The position numbers and the translations under genes were made by a program. DNA of 64,000 bases from Cytophagia bacterium (lineage in GTDB: Bacteria > Bacteroidota > Bacteroidia > Cytophagales > Spirosomataceae), in NCBI GenBank assembly GCA_004293645.1, contig REAB01000053.1:1182-65181 (forward strand). Direction: 5' to 3'. Below are positions 19,058-29,565 of this stretch, piece after piece. The notes under the pieces are model-generated. The model did not search any database, was not told the DNA's origin, and saw only the letters and a program-made list of their open reading frames with translations. Each line of letters starts with the position of its first letter. The first letter of the stretch is position 1.

Positions 19058-19828
19058 ATGAAAGAAATCATCAGTTGGGTGTTGCGGCACGTACCGCGCA
19101 AGTATTTGCAGTTGGTTAGTCATATTGGCCTAAAAGTGCTGGCGGTATTTTACAAAGGCAAAAACGTAAATTGCAACGTGTGCGGGAGCGAGTTTCGGAA
19201 ATTTTTGCCCTATGGCCGCAATCCAGGCCGCGATAACGCCCTGTGTCCCAATTGTTTGTCTTTGGAACGGCACCGCCTCATGGATTTATACTTGCGGCGC
19301 AAAACTAATTTTTTCAAAGAAAACCTCAAAGTGTTGCACGTAGCGCCTGAGTATTGTTTCATTGACCGATTTGAAAAAATGAAGAATTTGGACTACGTAA
19401 CGGCCGACATTGAGTCGCCGTTGGCGAAGGTAAAAATGGATATTCACGACGCACCTTTTGCCGACAATACGTTTGACGTGGCCTTTTGCAACCACGTAAT
19501 GGAACACGTAAACGACGACATCAAGGCCATGTCGGAGCTGCACCGCGTGCTTAAATCAGGCGGTTGGGCCATTATTCAATCGCCGCAAGATTGGAACTTG
19601 GCCACTACTTTTGAAGACGACAGCATAACCGACCCGCTGGCCCGCGAAAAGCATTTTTGGCAAGACGACCACCTGCGGCTTTTTGGCCGAGATTATGGCC
19701 GCCGACTCGAAAAAGGGGGATTTGAGGTAACAGAAGACCGTTTTGTGATGGACGAACTCACGCCCCAAGAGGTAAAACGCTACGCCTTGCCGAGCAACGA
19801 AGTGATTTATTTTTGTCGAAAAAAATAG
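19058..19828 (+). CDS. Class I SAM-dependent methyltransferase with an N-terminal zinc ribbon
   Basis: Two Cys pairs (CNVCGSEF, CPNCLS) are followed by a methyltransferase fold (FDVAFCNHVMEHV). Confidence 0.7.
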   Translation: MKEIISWVLRHVPRKYLQLVSHIGLKVLAVFYKGKNVNCNVCGSEFRKFLPYGRNPGRDNALCPNCLSLERHRLMDLYLRRKTNFFKENLKVLHVAPEYCFIDRFEKMKNLDYVTADIESPLAKVKMDIHDAPFADNTFDVAFCNHVMEHVNDDIKAMSELHRVLKSGGWAIIQSPQDWNLATTFEDDSITDPLAREKHFWQDDHLRLFGRDYGRRLEKGGFEVTEDRFVMDELTPQEVKRYALPSNEVIYFCRKK

Positions 19829-19854
19829 AAAAAAACCAGCAATCTCGTTTAAAT

Positions 19855-20346
19855 ATGCGCATTTCTCTCATTGTGGCAGCCGCTCAAAACGGAGTCATTG
19901 GCCGCAACAACCAACTCATTTGGCACCTGCCCAACGACCTCAAACAGTTTAAACGCCTCACCATGCACCACCCGATGATAATGGGGCGCAAAACCTTCGA
20001 TTCTATCGGCAAGCCGTTGCCTGGGCGTACTTCCATCGTTATCTCACGCCAAGCAGATTGGCAATTTGAAGGCTGCGTGGCGGTGCAGTCGTTGGCGGCG
20101 GCGGTAGAAGCTGCACGCCAAACCAACGCCGATGAGGTTTTTGTGATTGGCGGGGCAGAAATTTACCGTATGGCGTTGCCCGTTGCGCACAAAATTTATT
20201 TGACAGAAGTACACACAACCGTAGAAGGCGACGCTTTTTTTAAAATACCCGACCCAAAAAATTGGCAAGAAATAGCTCGAATAAGCCACCCTGCCGACGA
20301 AAAACACGCCCATTCTTTTGATTTCGTAGAACTCGTGCGGGCATGA
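19855..20346 (+). CDS. folA: Dihydrofolate reductase
   Basis: ISLIVAAAQNGVIGRNNQLIWHLPNDLKQFKRLTMHHPMIMGRKTFDSIG. I moved the start to MRISLIV at 19855. Confidence 0.9.
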   Translation: MRISLIVAAAQNGVIGRNNQLIWHLPNDLKQFKRLTMHHPMIMGRKTFDSIGKPLPGRTSIVISRQADWQFEGCVAVQSLAAAVEAARQTNADEVFVIGGAEIYRMALPVAHKIYLTEVHTTVEGDAFFKIPDPKNWQEIARISHPADEKHAHSFDFVELVRA

Positions 20347-20395
20347 GTTTCACCTTTCCGAAAGTTCAAAACTTATCGGAAAGGCGAAATATGAT

Positions 20396-23300
20396 TTACT
20401 TCTCCATTGGGTGGGCTTCCAATAGTTGTTTGGGCGAATAAAAATCCTTTTTGCTTTCTACCATTGCCCGCACCTGCTTTACTTTTTCGGGCTGAATGAC
20501 CGAGGCTTGATTTCCAAACGAATTGCGCACGTAAGTGGCTACGGCGGCTATTTCGCGGTCGTTCAGCAGGCCACCGTACGGGGTCATGGGTACTTGGCCT
20601 GGGTAAGTTTTGCCGTTTACTTCGATTTGGCCCATGATGCCTTTCAAAATAATCTTAATAAAGCGTTCCTCATTTCCAACTACCCATTTGGTGCCAGTCA
20701 GCGGCGGAAAACCCGCTGCGGGCAGCCCGCGCCCGTCGGCTTGGTGGCACGTAATGCAGTAGCCTTCTTTGGCATAAATGGCTCGTCCTTCGGTAAATAG
20801 CTCCAAATCTTTGCCTTTGATATTGGTGGTGCTATACACTTCTTTTACTTTGTTGACGGGCTTCCCACTCACGTGCGCCACGGCGGTTTTGTGCGCGTTC
20901 ACCATCCAGTCGTCTAATGGTTTCTTTTTGGCTTCGGCCAAAATGGGCAATGCTTTGGCGGGCGCAATCCACGATGTTGCCACAATGGCTTCCAAGCGCA
21001 CGCGCCCGTTGTCGTCGCGCACGGCTTGCATGAGTAGGTTGGCTTGGTCGGGAGTTTGGTGGCCTGCGTAGCGCAGCACTTTCACGGCGGCAGCCCGGGC
21101 GCGGTAGTCTTGGGCGTTGAGTAGCTGGCGCAATAGTTTTTGGTCAATTTTGTTGAGTCCCCACGTTACCCACAATCCTTCCAATAAATGGTGCTCATAT
21201 TTGGGGTCGTTTTTATCCAAACCTGCCACCCAAGCCGTTAGTTTGGGCAACACTTCGGCAACTTTGCGACCGCGCAGTTCGCGGCGGGTACGGTAGCGGG
21301 TGCGGTATTCGGGCAGTTTGAGGTTTTCTAATAATTCTTCCACGCTCGCCCCCGCTACTTTGGCGGGCGTTACGAGTGGGCGGCTGGGGTACGTAATGCG
21401 ATACACGCGCCCGTGTACGTGGTCGCGCAGCGGGTCGCGGGCGTTGTGCTGCATGTGTCCAATGAGTACGTTGTGCCAATCAATAAAATAGAGCGAACCA
21501 TCGGGCGCAAACTCCATGTCCACGGGTCTAAAATTACGGTCTGAACCCACGGTCAAATCTTGGCGGTGGCGGGTTTTGTAACCTGTGCCGTCGTCTTCAA
21601 AAACGTGTTGTTTCATTCCCAAAAAACCAATGGTGTTGTTGAGGAGTAAATCGCCCTGCATATTGTCAGGAAAATGCCGACTCGACACAAATTCCAAGCC
21701 CGACGTAGGCCGCACGCGTTGACTTTCTTCGATGAGTTGTTTTGATTTGTCGGTGGACTCGCCGTAGCGCGGCAGCACCGAGCCTGGCATCATCCAGCGC
21801 ACGTCGGGGCTGGAGGTTTCGGCAAAAATATTCTGCCCCCACTCGTCAAATGCAATGCCCCAGGGGTTGGGAATGGCCAACTGCGCCGTGCGCTCCAAGT
21901 GGCGGCGGGCGGGGTTGTAGCGGTAAAAACCACCGTTGGTAGCCCGCACCGTGCCGTAGGGGGTTTCGACGTTGGTGTGCAAAAACACCCCTTCGCCCAT
22001 GTAAATAGACCCCGATGGGTCGGCGCAAAAAGCGTGAATGTTGTGGTGGGTATCGTGGTCGTCAAAACCGCTCAGTATCACCTCTTTGGTGTCGGCTTTG
22101 TCGTCGCCATTGGTATCTTTGAGCAGCACAAAGTTTGTTCCTTGCGACACAAAAACGCCGTCGTGGGTTATTTCAAAACCAACGGGCAAATGCAGGCCGT
22201 CGGCAAATACGGTTTGCTTGTCGGCTTTGCCGTCGTTGTTGGTGTCTTCCAAAATCAAGATTTTGTCGTTGGGCTTGGAGTCGCCTGGCTTGTAGTGCGG
22301 GTAGCTGGGCATGGTAGCCACCCACAAGCGGCCCTTGTTGTCGAACGACATCTGCGCGGGGTTGGCCAAATCGGCAAATTCGGTTTCTGACGCAAACAAC
22401 TCTAATTTATAGCCAGCAGGAACTTTGATGCTATTGAGTGCATCTTGGCCGTACAAGTACCGCAGACTGCCGTTTTGGTCGGGGTTAAAATTGGTCTTAA
22501 CGGGCGACAGGAATTGGGTTTTGGCATCGGCGGCAGCGAGGTCTATTTTTTGACCCAAACTGGCCGCCGCCCACACCGCGCTGTCGCGGATGGCGGTCAT
22601 TTGTCGCACTTTTTCAATCTCGGCGGGGTAATTGTCGGGGCCAAAAGGATTGTACCGCCGCCCGTAGTTGTGTACGCCGTTGGGCATTTTGTAGTCGTTG
22701 TGCCAGAGCCAGTTTTTTTCTACCACGGCTGCTTCTACCAGTTTGCGGTTGGGTTCGGCTTTGGTGCTTACTTTGCCAAAAACTTTGTCGGCCAGCAGCA
22801 AGCCCAGTTTTTTGTAGCCTTCTTCGTTGAGCTGGCAGCCGTCTATGGTAAGTGGCGCGGCGGTGTTGGCATACCACTGCTGCGACGGCGCAAAGGCATC
22901 AATAAAAAGTACTTTATTGTCCGTTGCCACTTGTTTCATGGCGTTGGTATAAAGCAGCAAATTGACGTTTTCTTTTTTCCCGTTGGGCAAATCGTACTGC
23001 GCCGAGAGGTCTTCAAAAGCAATAGGCGACACCAACGCCAACTGCGGTGCCGCTTGGCCGTTGTAAGTTTGGCTCAATGTATGTTTCACAAAAGCATCTA
23101 ACTCCGCTTTGTAGTTGGCCAAGCCCGCTGCTCCCTGAAACGACTCACTGTACCCAAAAAAGGCCACAATTACGTCGGCTTTGAGGCGCGTTAGCCACTG
23201 GTCGTGCGTTTCAAAATGGCCTTCACTCTCCGAGTCGGTGGCATATTCGGTCTGAAAACGCTCTGCCCCTGGAAACGCCCAGGGCTTAAAACGCGCCGAA

Positions 23301-23554
23301 TGGGGCCGAAACCCAGGCGTGTCGCCACCGTCGCACAAGTTCCGAATCAGCAACCGATTGGCGGGGTAGCGCAGTTGCATTTCGGTTTCAAAAAAATCGT
23401 AGTTAATCATGCGCGAACCCAAGTTGTTGCCCACCAGCGCAATGCGCGTTCCTTGTTCAATGCGCAGCACGCTGGTCTGCGACGATTGAAACGAACTGAA
23501 CGCGACGAGTGTTAATCCAAACACAACCAGTAATTTTTTAATGCTTATTTTCAT
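20396..23554 (-). CDS. PVC-type heme-binding CxxCH protein (SGNH-like N-terminus, dehydrogenase beta-propeller, HEAT-like repeats, C-terminal cytochrome c)
   Basis: It has a signal peptide and a C-terminal CITCH heme-c motif. Domain order and length (1052 aa) are typical of this family. Confidence 0.7.
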   Translation of the reverse strand: MKISIKKLLVVFGLTLVAFSSFQSSQTSVLRIEQGTRIALVGNNLGSRMINYDFFETEMQLRYPANRLLIRNLCDGGDTPGFRPHSARFKPWAFPGAERFQTEYATDSESEGHFETHDQWLTRLKADVIVAFFGYSESFQGAAGLANYKAELDAFVKHTLSQTYNGQAAPQLALVSPIAFEDLSAQYDLPNGKKENVNLLLYTNAMKQVATDNKVLFIDAFAPSQQWYANTAAPLTIDGCQLNEEGYKKLGLLLADKVFGKVSTKAEPNRKLVEAAVVEKNWLWHNDYKMPNGVHNYGRRYNPFGPDNYPAEIEKVRQMTAIRDSAVWAAASLGQKIDLAAADAKTQFLSPVKTNFNPDQNGSLRYLYGQDALNSIKVPAGYKLELFASETEFADLANPAQMSFDNKGRLWVATMPSYPHYKPGDSKPNDKILILEDTNNDGKADKQTVFADGLHLPVGFEITHDGVFVSQGTNFVLLKDTNGDDKADTKEVILSGFDDHDTHHNIHAFCADPSGSIYMGEGVFLHTNVETPYGTVRATNGGFYRYNPARRHLERTAQLAIPNPWGIAFDEWGQNIFAETSSPDVRWMMPGSVLPRYGESTDKSKQLIEESQRVRPTSGLEFVSSRHFPDNMQGDLLLNNTIGFLGMKQHVFEDDGTGYKTRHRQDLTVGSDRNFRPVDMEFAPDGSLYFIDWHNVLIGHMQHNARDPLRDHVHGRVYRITYPSRPLVTPAKVAGASVEELLENLKLPEYRTRYRTRRELRGRKVAEVLPKLTAWVAGLDKNDPKYEHHLLEGLWVTWGLNKIDQKLLRQLLNAQDYRARAAAVKVLRYAGHQTPDQANLLMQAVRDDNGRVRLEAIVATSWIAPAKALPILAEAKKKPLDDWMVNAHKTAVAHVSGKPVNKVKEVYSTTNIKGKDLELFTEGRAIYAKEGYCITCHQADGRGLPAAGFPPLTGTKWVVGNEERFIKIILKGIMGQIEVNGKTYPGQVPMTPYGGLLNDREIAAVATYVRNSFGNQASVIQPEKVKQVRAMVESKKDFYSPKQLLEAHPMEK

Positions 23555-23643
23555 TCGTTTATTTGTTTGATTTTAAAAGACAAAAGGTTACCGTTTATAA
23601 TGCCTCAGCTCGTTTATTTTTCCGTTACCAATCTCAAATCTAA

Positions 23644-24273
23644 ATGACCGTTTGCCACATAGAACTGCATTATTTGCCCAATATAGCTTTTTTTGAGTGC
23701 TGCCTTGCCCACAACACGCTTTGCCTCGAAGCCCACGAACACTACCAAAAACAAAGTTACCGCAACCGTTGCCACATCTTAACTGCCAACGGCCCGCAGG
23801 CGCTTGTGGTGCCCGTGCTACACCACCAAAGTAAAATGAACATCAAAGACGTAAAAATAGATTACGGCCAAAAATGGGTCAATCAGCATTGGCGGGCGTT
23901 GGTGGCGGCCTACGCCAAAGCGCCTTATTTTGAGCATTTTGCCGATTATTTTGAACAAATATACCACCAAAAGCCCGCGTTTCTGTTTGACCTCAATTTA
24001 GAATTGCTGACAGTATGTCTGAAATTACTCCAAACAAACCCGACAATACGGCAGACTGAGCAATATGAACCCACTTTACAAAATGGCCACTTTGACGCGC
24101 GAAACCTCATTCACCCCAAAAAAGAGCTGAATCATAACTTTTTAGGTGCGCAGCGCGTTTATAAACAAAACTTTGGCAATGATTTTGAGGCCAATCTATC
24201 AGTTCTTGATTTATTGATGTGCCAAGGCCCAAGAGCCACTCCGTTTTTACAAAAAAAGTCGTACAACAATTAG
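23644..24273 (+). CDS. WbqC family protein
   Basis: The N-terminus (HYLPNIAFFECC ... YQKQSYRNRCHILTANG) is characteristic of WbqC-like proteins. Confidence 0.7.
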   Translation: MTVCHIELHYLPNIAFFECCLAHNTLCLEAHEHYQKQSYRNRCHILTANGPQALVVPVLHHQSKMNIKDVKIDYGQKWVNQHWRALVAAYAKAPYFEHFADYFEQIYHQKPAFLFDLNLELLTVCLKLLQTNPTIRQTEQYEPTLQNGHFDARNLIHPKKELNHNFLGAQRVYKQNFGNDFEANLSVLDLLMCQGPRATPFLQKKSYNN

Positions 24274-24287
24274 ATTTTTCCGATTCA

Positions 24288-24319
24288 TTGACTCCGAAAA
24301 GATAAAATTAGTATATTTG
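24288..24319 (+). promoter_or_regulatory. Candidate Bacteroidota promoter for clpC (TTG-N21-TATATTTG)
   Basis: TTG lies at 24288-24290 and TATATTTG at 24312-24319, about 60 nt upstream of the clpC ATG. Confidence 0.4.
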
Positions 24320-24379
24320 GAAGGTTTAGCGATAGTTGTGGGGCAAATAGAATAGTACTGACAGATTAACACTTTATAA

Positions 24380-26905
24380 ATGGAAGCAAAATTTTCAAAT
24401 CGCGTAAAGGAAGTCATTACGCTCAGCCGTGAAGAAGCCCTGCGCTTGGGCCACGACTACATCGGCACCGAGCATTTGATTTTGGGTATGATTAGAGAAG
24501 GCGAAGGCGTGGCCTTGGTCTTGTTACAAAAACTGAGCGTGTCGCTCGACGAACTGCGCACCACCATTGAGCAATTTACCAAAGGCACCGCCACCAACAA
24601 TGTTAAAAATTTAGCCAACATTCCGCTGACCCGTCAGTCGGAAAAGGTGCTAAAAATTACGTACTTGGAGGCCAAAATCTTTAAAAGTCCGCTCATTGGT
24701 ACCGAGCATTTATTACTTTCAATCTTGCGCGACCCCGACAACCTGGCTTCGCAAATAATGGCTAAATTTAACGTAAACTACGAAATCGTAAAAGAAATGT
24801 TAGAATATCAATCATCTGGCACCACTCCCCGCGCCGCCGCCGAAGCCGACGACGACGACGAGCGCAGCGGCATGTTTGGCGGCGGTGCCGCTTCGGGCAA
24901 AGACCCCAAAAGCACCGAAAAGTCGCGCACACCCGTTTTGGACAACTTTGGCCGCGACCTCACCAAAATGGCCGAAGTGGGCAAGTTAGACCCCATCGTA
25001 GGTCGTGAAAAAGAAATTGAGCGCGTAGCCCAAATATTGAGCCGCCGCAAAAAGAACAATCCCGTGCTCATTGGCGAGCCTGGCGTGGGCAAAACCGCCA
25101 TTGCCGAGGGCTTGGCATTGCGCATTGTGCAGAAAAAAGTATCGCGGGTACTGTTTGGCAAGCGCGTTGTTACGCTCGACCTGGCATCGCTCGTGGCTGG
25201 CACCAAATACCGTGGTCAATTTGAAGAGCGCATGAAAGCGGTGATGAACGAATTGGAAAAATCGCCCGAGGTGATTTTGTTCATTGACGAGCTGCACACC
25301 ATTGTGGGTGCGGGTGGCGCGTCGGGCAGCCTCGATGCTTCCAATATGTTCAAACCTGCCCTGGCGCGCGGCGATATTCAATGCATTGGTGCTACTACGC
25401 TCGACGAATACCGCCAGTACATTGAGAAAGATGGCGCGTTGGCGCGGCGGTTTCAGATTGTGATGGTGGACGCGCCAAGCGTGGAAGAAACCATTGAGAT
25501 TTTGACCAATATCAAAGACAAATACGAAGAACATCACCACGTAAACTACACCGAAGAGGCCATTGCCGATGCCGTGAAGCTGTCAGAACGCTACATTACT
25601 GACCGCTTTTTGCCCGACAAAGCCATTGATGTAATGGACGAAGTAGGGGCGCGGGTGCACATCAGCAACATCACCGTTCCCGAAGATATTTTGGTTTTGG
25701 AACAACAAATTGAAGAAGTCAAAAAGCAGAAAAATACGGTTGTAAAGAGCCAAAAATACGAAGAAGCCGCCCAACTGCGCGACAAAGAGAAGAAGCTCAT
25801 TGACCAACTCGACCGCGCCAAACAAATTTGGGAAGAAGACACCAAAAAGCGTCGCTACACCGTTACGTCCGACAATGTGGCCGAGGTGGTGGCCATGATG
25901 ACGGGCATTCCAGTAAACCGCGTGGCTCAAAAAGAAGGCGTTAAATTGCTGGGAATGGGCGACCAACTGCGGGCGCGGGTAATTGGCCAAGATTCGGCCA
26001 TTGAGAAGCTCACCAAAGCCATTCAGCGCACCCGCGTGGGTTTGAAAGACCCCAAAAAGCCCATCGGCTCGTTCATTTTCTTGGGGCCAACGGGCGTAGG
26101 AAAAACCGAATTGGCCAAAGTACTGGCTACGCATTTGTTCGACAAAGAAGACGCACTCGTTAGAATTGACATGAGCGAGTACATGGAGAAATTTAGCGTA
26201 TCGCGCCTCATTGGCGCTCCTCCTGGCTACGTGGGCTACGAAGAAGGCGGTCAATTGACCGAAAAAATTCGCCGTAAACCATACAGTGTGGTGCTACTCG
26301 ACGAAATTGAAAAAGCCCACCCCGACGTGTTCAATATTTTATTGCAAGTGCTGGACGACGGTATTTTGACCGACGGCCTGGGCCGCCGCGTTGATTTTCG
26401 CAATACCATCATTATCATGACTTCCAACATTGGCGTGCGCGACTTGAAAGATTTTGGCGCGGGTATTGGCTTTGCCACCAAGTCAAAATCTGACAACCCA
26501 GACGAGATGATGAAAGCCACCATTCAGAGCGCGTTGCGCAAGGCGTTCTCACCCGAATTTTTGAACCGTTTGGACGATGTGATTGTGTTTAACTCGCTTC
26601 AACGCGAAGACATTCACCGCATTATTGACATTGCGTTGGGCAAATTACTGACGCGCGTAACAAGCCTCGGCTACCACGTAGAACTGACCGAAAAAGCCAA
26701 AGACTTTTTGGCAGAAAAAGGCTACGACCAGCAGTACGGCGCCCGCCCGCTCAACCGCGCCATTCAAAAATATTTGGAAGACCCCGTAGCCGAAGAAATT
26801 TTGAAAGGAGATTTGCGCGAAGGCGACACCCTACTGGCCGACTACGTAGAAGGCGACGTGCTGGTGATGACGATTAAGAAAAAAGAAGAAGCCGTAATCG
26901 AATAG
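24380..26905 (+). CDS. clpC: ATP-dependent Clp protease ATP-binding subunit ClpC
   Basis: It has a Clp_N repeat, two AAA+ modules (GEPGVGKT and GPTGVGKT) and a UVR-like linker ([14 protein letters not shown]). Confidence 0.9.
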   Translation: MEAKFSNRVKEVITLSREEALRLGHDYIGTEHLILGMIREGEGVALVLLQKLSVSLDELRTTIEQFTKGTATNNVKNLANIPLTRQSEKVLKITYLEAKIFKSPLIGTEHLLLSILRDPDNLASQIMAKFNVNYEIVKEMLEYQSSGTTPRAAAEADDDDERSGMFGGGAASGKDPKSTEKSRTPVLDNFGRDLTKMAEVGKLDPIVGREKEIERVAQILSRRKKNNPVLIGEPGVGKTAIAEGLALRIVQKKVSRVLFGKRVVTLDLASLVAGTKYRGQFEERMKAVMNELEKSPEVILFIDELHTIVGAGGASGSLDASNMFKPALARGDIQCIGATTLDEYRQYIEKDGALARRFQIVMVDAPSVEETIEILTNIKDKYEEHHHVNYTEEAIADAVKLSERYITDRFLPDKAIDVMDEVGARVHISNITVPEDILVLEQQIEEVKKQKNTVVKSQKYEEAAQLRDKEKKLIDQLDRAKQIWEEDTKKRRYTVTSDNVAEVVAMMTGIPVNRVAQKEGVKLLGMGDQLRARVIGQDSAIEKLTKAIQRTRVGLKDPKKPIGSFIFLGPTGVGKTELAKVLATHLFDKEDALVRIDMSEYMEKFSVSRLIGAPPGYVGYEEGGQLTEKIRRKPYSVVLLDEIEKAHPDVFNILLQVLDDGILTDGLGRRVDFRNTIIIMTSNIGVRDLKDFGAGIGFATKSKSDNPDEMMKATIQSALRKAFSPEFLNRLDDVIVFNSLQREDIHRIIDIALGKLLTRVTSLGYHVELTEKAKDFLAEKGYDQQYGARPLNRAIQKYLEDPVAEEILKGDLREGDTLLADYVEGDVLVMTIKKKEEAVIE

Positions 26906-26928
26906 ATCAATAGTTGGTTACGCACTCA

Positions 26929-26970
26929 AACGCCTGCAACTTATAAAACGAAGTTGTGGGCGTTTTTTTT
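26929..26970 (+). terminator. Intrinsic terminator of clpC
   Basis: The stem ACGCCTGCAACTT/AAGTTGTGGGCGT is followed by T8. Confidence 0.8.
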
Positions 26971-27015
26971 GTAAAAGATAGATTTGTTCATTGTTAAACC
27001 CCAAACGCTAAACGT

Positions 27016-28233
27016 ATGAAAACCCTCCTTTTACTTGTATTGTACTTGCTGGCAGGCCATTTTGTTTTTGGCCAAAATCAATATGTTTTGACGCACCTAT
27101 TTGACGCTGATGCCCCAAAAATTAACTTGACCAAACCCATTACTTCGGCAGCTTTTCGGTTTAAAGAACAACCCAACTGGGCCAATCTACGACTCATAGC
27201 CGACGGCGATACGCTCGCCCTGCACCCCGACCCGCACGCCGAAATACCCCAAAGCCAATTGGTAATATTCAGACAATCAGTTGGTTCGTTGGAATTGTTG
27301 GGCGCAAAAACTACCACTACACTCACGGGCGTGTATGCCAAACCCATCATACTGCCCACCTACTATCGGCAATTTAGAGTAGCCGTCGACTGCGAAAAAC
27401 CGCCCGTTGTACCTGCTTCGGTTTGGCGGGCAGGTCTTACGCCACCCAAAGAACTCCCCACTGCTACGGCGGTCAAATTTATCATTGTTCACCACGAAGC
27501 GGGGTCAAATACGCCCAGTAATTTTACCAACGTAGTGCGCAATATTTACGTTTTTCATACCCAAACCAACGGCTGGAATGACGTGGGATACAATTTTTTG
27601 GTTGCCCAAGATGGCACTGTTTTTGAAGGCCGCGACGGGCAAGGCCGCCTTGATGGCGACAACGTGCAGGGCGCACATTTTTGTGGTTTCAACGCTGGCA
27701 CAATGGGCATCTGCCTCCTCGGCGACTACATGACCGCCCAGCCACCCGCTCCCGCGCTGGCCTCGCTCACCAAGTTGGTGGCCTGGAAAATGAAAAAAGA
27801 AAACCTTGTTGAGCCTGGCAGCCGCTCGCTGCACGCCTCGTCGGGCAAAAACTTGGCTGTACTCTCTGCCCACCGCGATGGCTGCGCTACCAGTTGCCCC
27901 GGCGACAATCTGTACGCCCGTTTGGAGCAACTTCGCACCGACGTAGCCAATTCTTGCGACGGCATAAAAGCCATCGTTACGGCGGTTTTTCCCACCGTTA
28001 GTTCGCCCGCTGTCTATCCTAATCCGTCGGACAATGGTGCTTTTACGCTCGATGTGCCGCAGCCCATTCGGAGTTTGCGCGTGGTAGATGCGCTGGGGCG
28101 CGTGGTGTTATCGAAAGAGTTTTCGAGTGCCGCGCTTCGCTTTGAATTTCGACTGGAAACGCCTGGTTTTTTCAAATTAATCACCACCAATCAGCAGCAG
28201 GTGCAGTGGTCGCAGACGGTTTTGGTGCGTTAA
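27016..28233 (+). CDS. Secreted N-acetylmuramoyl-L-alanine amidase (Amidase_2/PGRP fold) with a T9SS C-terminal sorting domain
   Basis: It has a signal peptide, amidase_2 motifs (IIVHHEAGSN, GWNDVGYNFLVAQDGTVFEGR, ATSCPG) and a C-terminal VYPNPSDNGAFTL ... sorting domain. Confidence 0.8.
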   Translation: MKTLLLLVLYLLAGHFVFGQNQYVLTHLFDADAPKINLTKPITSAAFRFKEQPNWANLRLIADGDTLALHPDPHAEIPQSQLVIFRQSVGSLELLGAKTTTTLTGVYAKPIILPTYYRQFRVAVDCEKPPVVPASVWRAGLTPPKELPTATAVKFIIVHHEAGSNTPSNFTNVVRNIYVFHTQTNGWNDVGYNFLVAQDGTVFEGRDGQGRLDGDNVQGAHFCGFNAGTMGICLLGDYMTAQPPAPALASLTKLVAWKMKKENLVEPGSRSLHASSGKNLAVLSAHRDGCATSCPGDNLYARLEQLRTDVANSCDGIKAIVTAVFPTVSSPAVYPNPSDNGAFTLDVPQPIRSLRVVDALGRVVLSKEFSSAALRFEFRLETPGFFKLITTNQQQVQWSQTVLVR

Positions 28234-28312
28234 ATTTATTTTTACATTGCGTTTTTCCTTTTTGAGAACCCGTTTTTGCATTTTTCTTTGTGTAAATGTT
28301 TGCCCATAATAG

Positions 28313-28456
28313 TTTGATTTGTAATAAAGGAAAATTTAGTAGTAATCAATTGATGAACAAGCAATTACAGGGTATTAATATAATTGCGAATAAGTACTTA
28401 CCTTGACTCATTAATAATGATGCATTTTTTCAGTACTTTTGGTAATATTTGGTTCT
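28313..28456 (+). repeat. Dispersed structured intergenic repeat, full-length copy A
   Basis: Its 5' module (28313-28400) aligns with 37285-37381. Its 3' module (AAGTACTTaCCT ... TTTTGGTAAtATTTGGTTCT) aligns with 57976-58029. Confidence 0.7.
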
Positions 28457-28767
28457 AAATAACAGGTAAGTAGGTGAACATATTTAATCGACACTTCTGA
28501 TTTATGTAAAATTCTGATAATGAGTATTTTGAATTGCTGTGGACAGTCGACTATTGACTGTGGACTACTTAAATAATAAGTTGGTCGAATTAGTTTATGG
28601 AACGCAGATAACGCGGATACAGAGTACCGCGGATTTTCGCAGATAAACAAAAAAATTAGAAGAACTTTTGTGCAATAGAAATGTTGCCAATAACCATATC
28701 TCTTTGAACAATATGAAAAGCGTATGGCTCAATGAGAAGAAGAAAATAGCTTTTAAAAAAATATACA

Positions 28768-29454
28768 ATGAAACTTTTTACGCTGCCCAATCTAATGACC
28801 TGCGGCAATTTATTGTGCGGTTGTGTGGGCATTACGGCGGCTTTTCGGGGCGATTTGCTGCTCTCCAGTATGTTGATTGGCTTGGCGGCAGTGCTTGATT
28901 TTGGCGATGGTTTTGTGGCAAGATGGCTCAAACAGCAGTCGGAACTGGGCAAGCAGCTCGACTCTCTGGCCGACGTGGTAACTTTTGGCGTATTGCCCGC
29001 TTGCATGGTGTTTCAGCTCATTGAGCGCAGCACCGACGAGCTGCCGCACTTGCCGTCTTATTTGGCCTTTGTGTTGGCTGCTTTTTCGGCCTTGCGGTTG
29101 GCCAAATTCAACATAGATACCCGCCAAAGCGATTCTTTTATTGGCGTTCCAACGCCCGCCAACGCTATTTTGGTGGCATCACTGCCTTTTATTTTGCGCC
29201 ACAATCCCACCTTCGAGCCCTGGATTATCAACGAAACAGTGCTGCTGGTGTATGTATTTGTGATGTCCTTTTTGCTGGTGTCTGAGCTGCCCCTTTTCGC
29301 GCTCAAATTCAAATCGTTTGGCTGGCGTGGCAACGAGCTACCTTTTTCTTTTTTGGCTATTTCGTTGGTTCTCTTGGTGTTACTGCATTTTGTGGCGGTG
29401 CCGCTTATCATCGCGCTTTACATTGCGCTGTCTTTGGTTTTTAGGAAAGGGTAG
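28768..29454 (+). CDS. pssA: CDP-diacylglycerol--serine O-phosphatidyltransferase
   Basis: It has the CDP-alcohol phosphatidyltransferase motif (DFGDGFVARWL ... GKQLDSLAD) and is a multi-pass membrane protein. Confidence 0.8.
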   Translation: MKLFTLPNLMTCGNLLCGCVGITAAFRGDLLLSSMLIGLAAVLDFGDGFVARWLKQQSELGKQLDSLADVVTFGVLPACMVFQLIERSTDELPHLPSYLAFVLAAFSALRLAKFNIDTRQSDSFIGVPTPANAILVASLPFILRHNPTFEPWIINETVLLVYVFVMSFLLVSELPLFALKFKSFGWRGNELPFSFLAISLVLLVLLHFVAVPLIIALYIALSLVFRKG

Positions 29455-29565
29455 AATTTGTAGTTGAATTGCCCCGAAACCTCGAAAATTGTGCCAGGCG
29501 TTATTTTGACGAAATTTTCTTGTTACCAATTTAACCGTTGCATTTGTTACTTGAATGTCGCTAAC

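Noticed and set aside
20353-20384. A hairpin (CCTTTCCGAAAGTT/AACTTATCGGAAAGG) between convergent folA and the heme-protein gene, considered as an intrinsic terminator
   Set aside because: The stem is good but neither side has a U-run, so I did not list it as a terminator. It may still act as a bidirectional stop or an RNA stability element.
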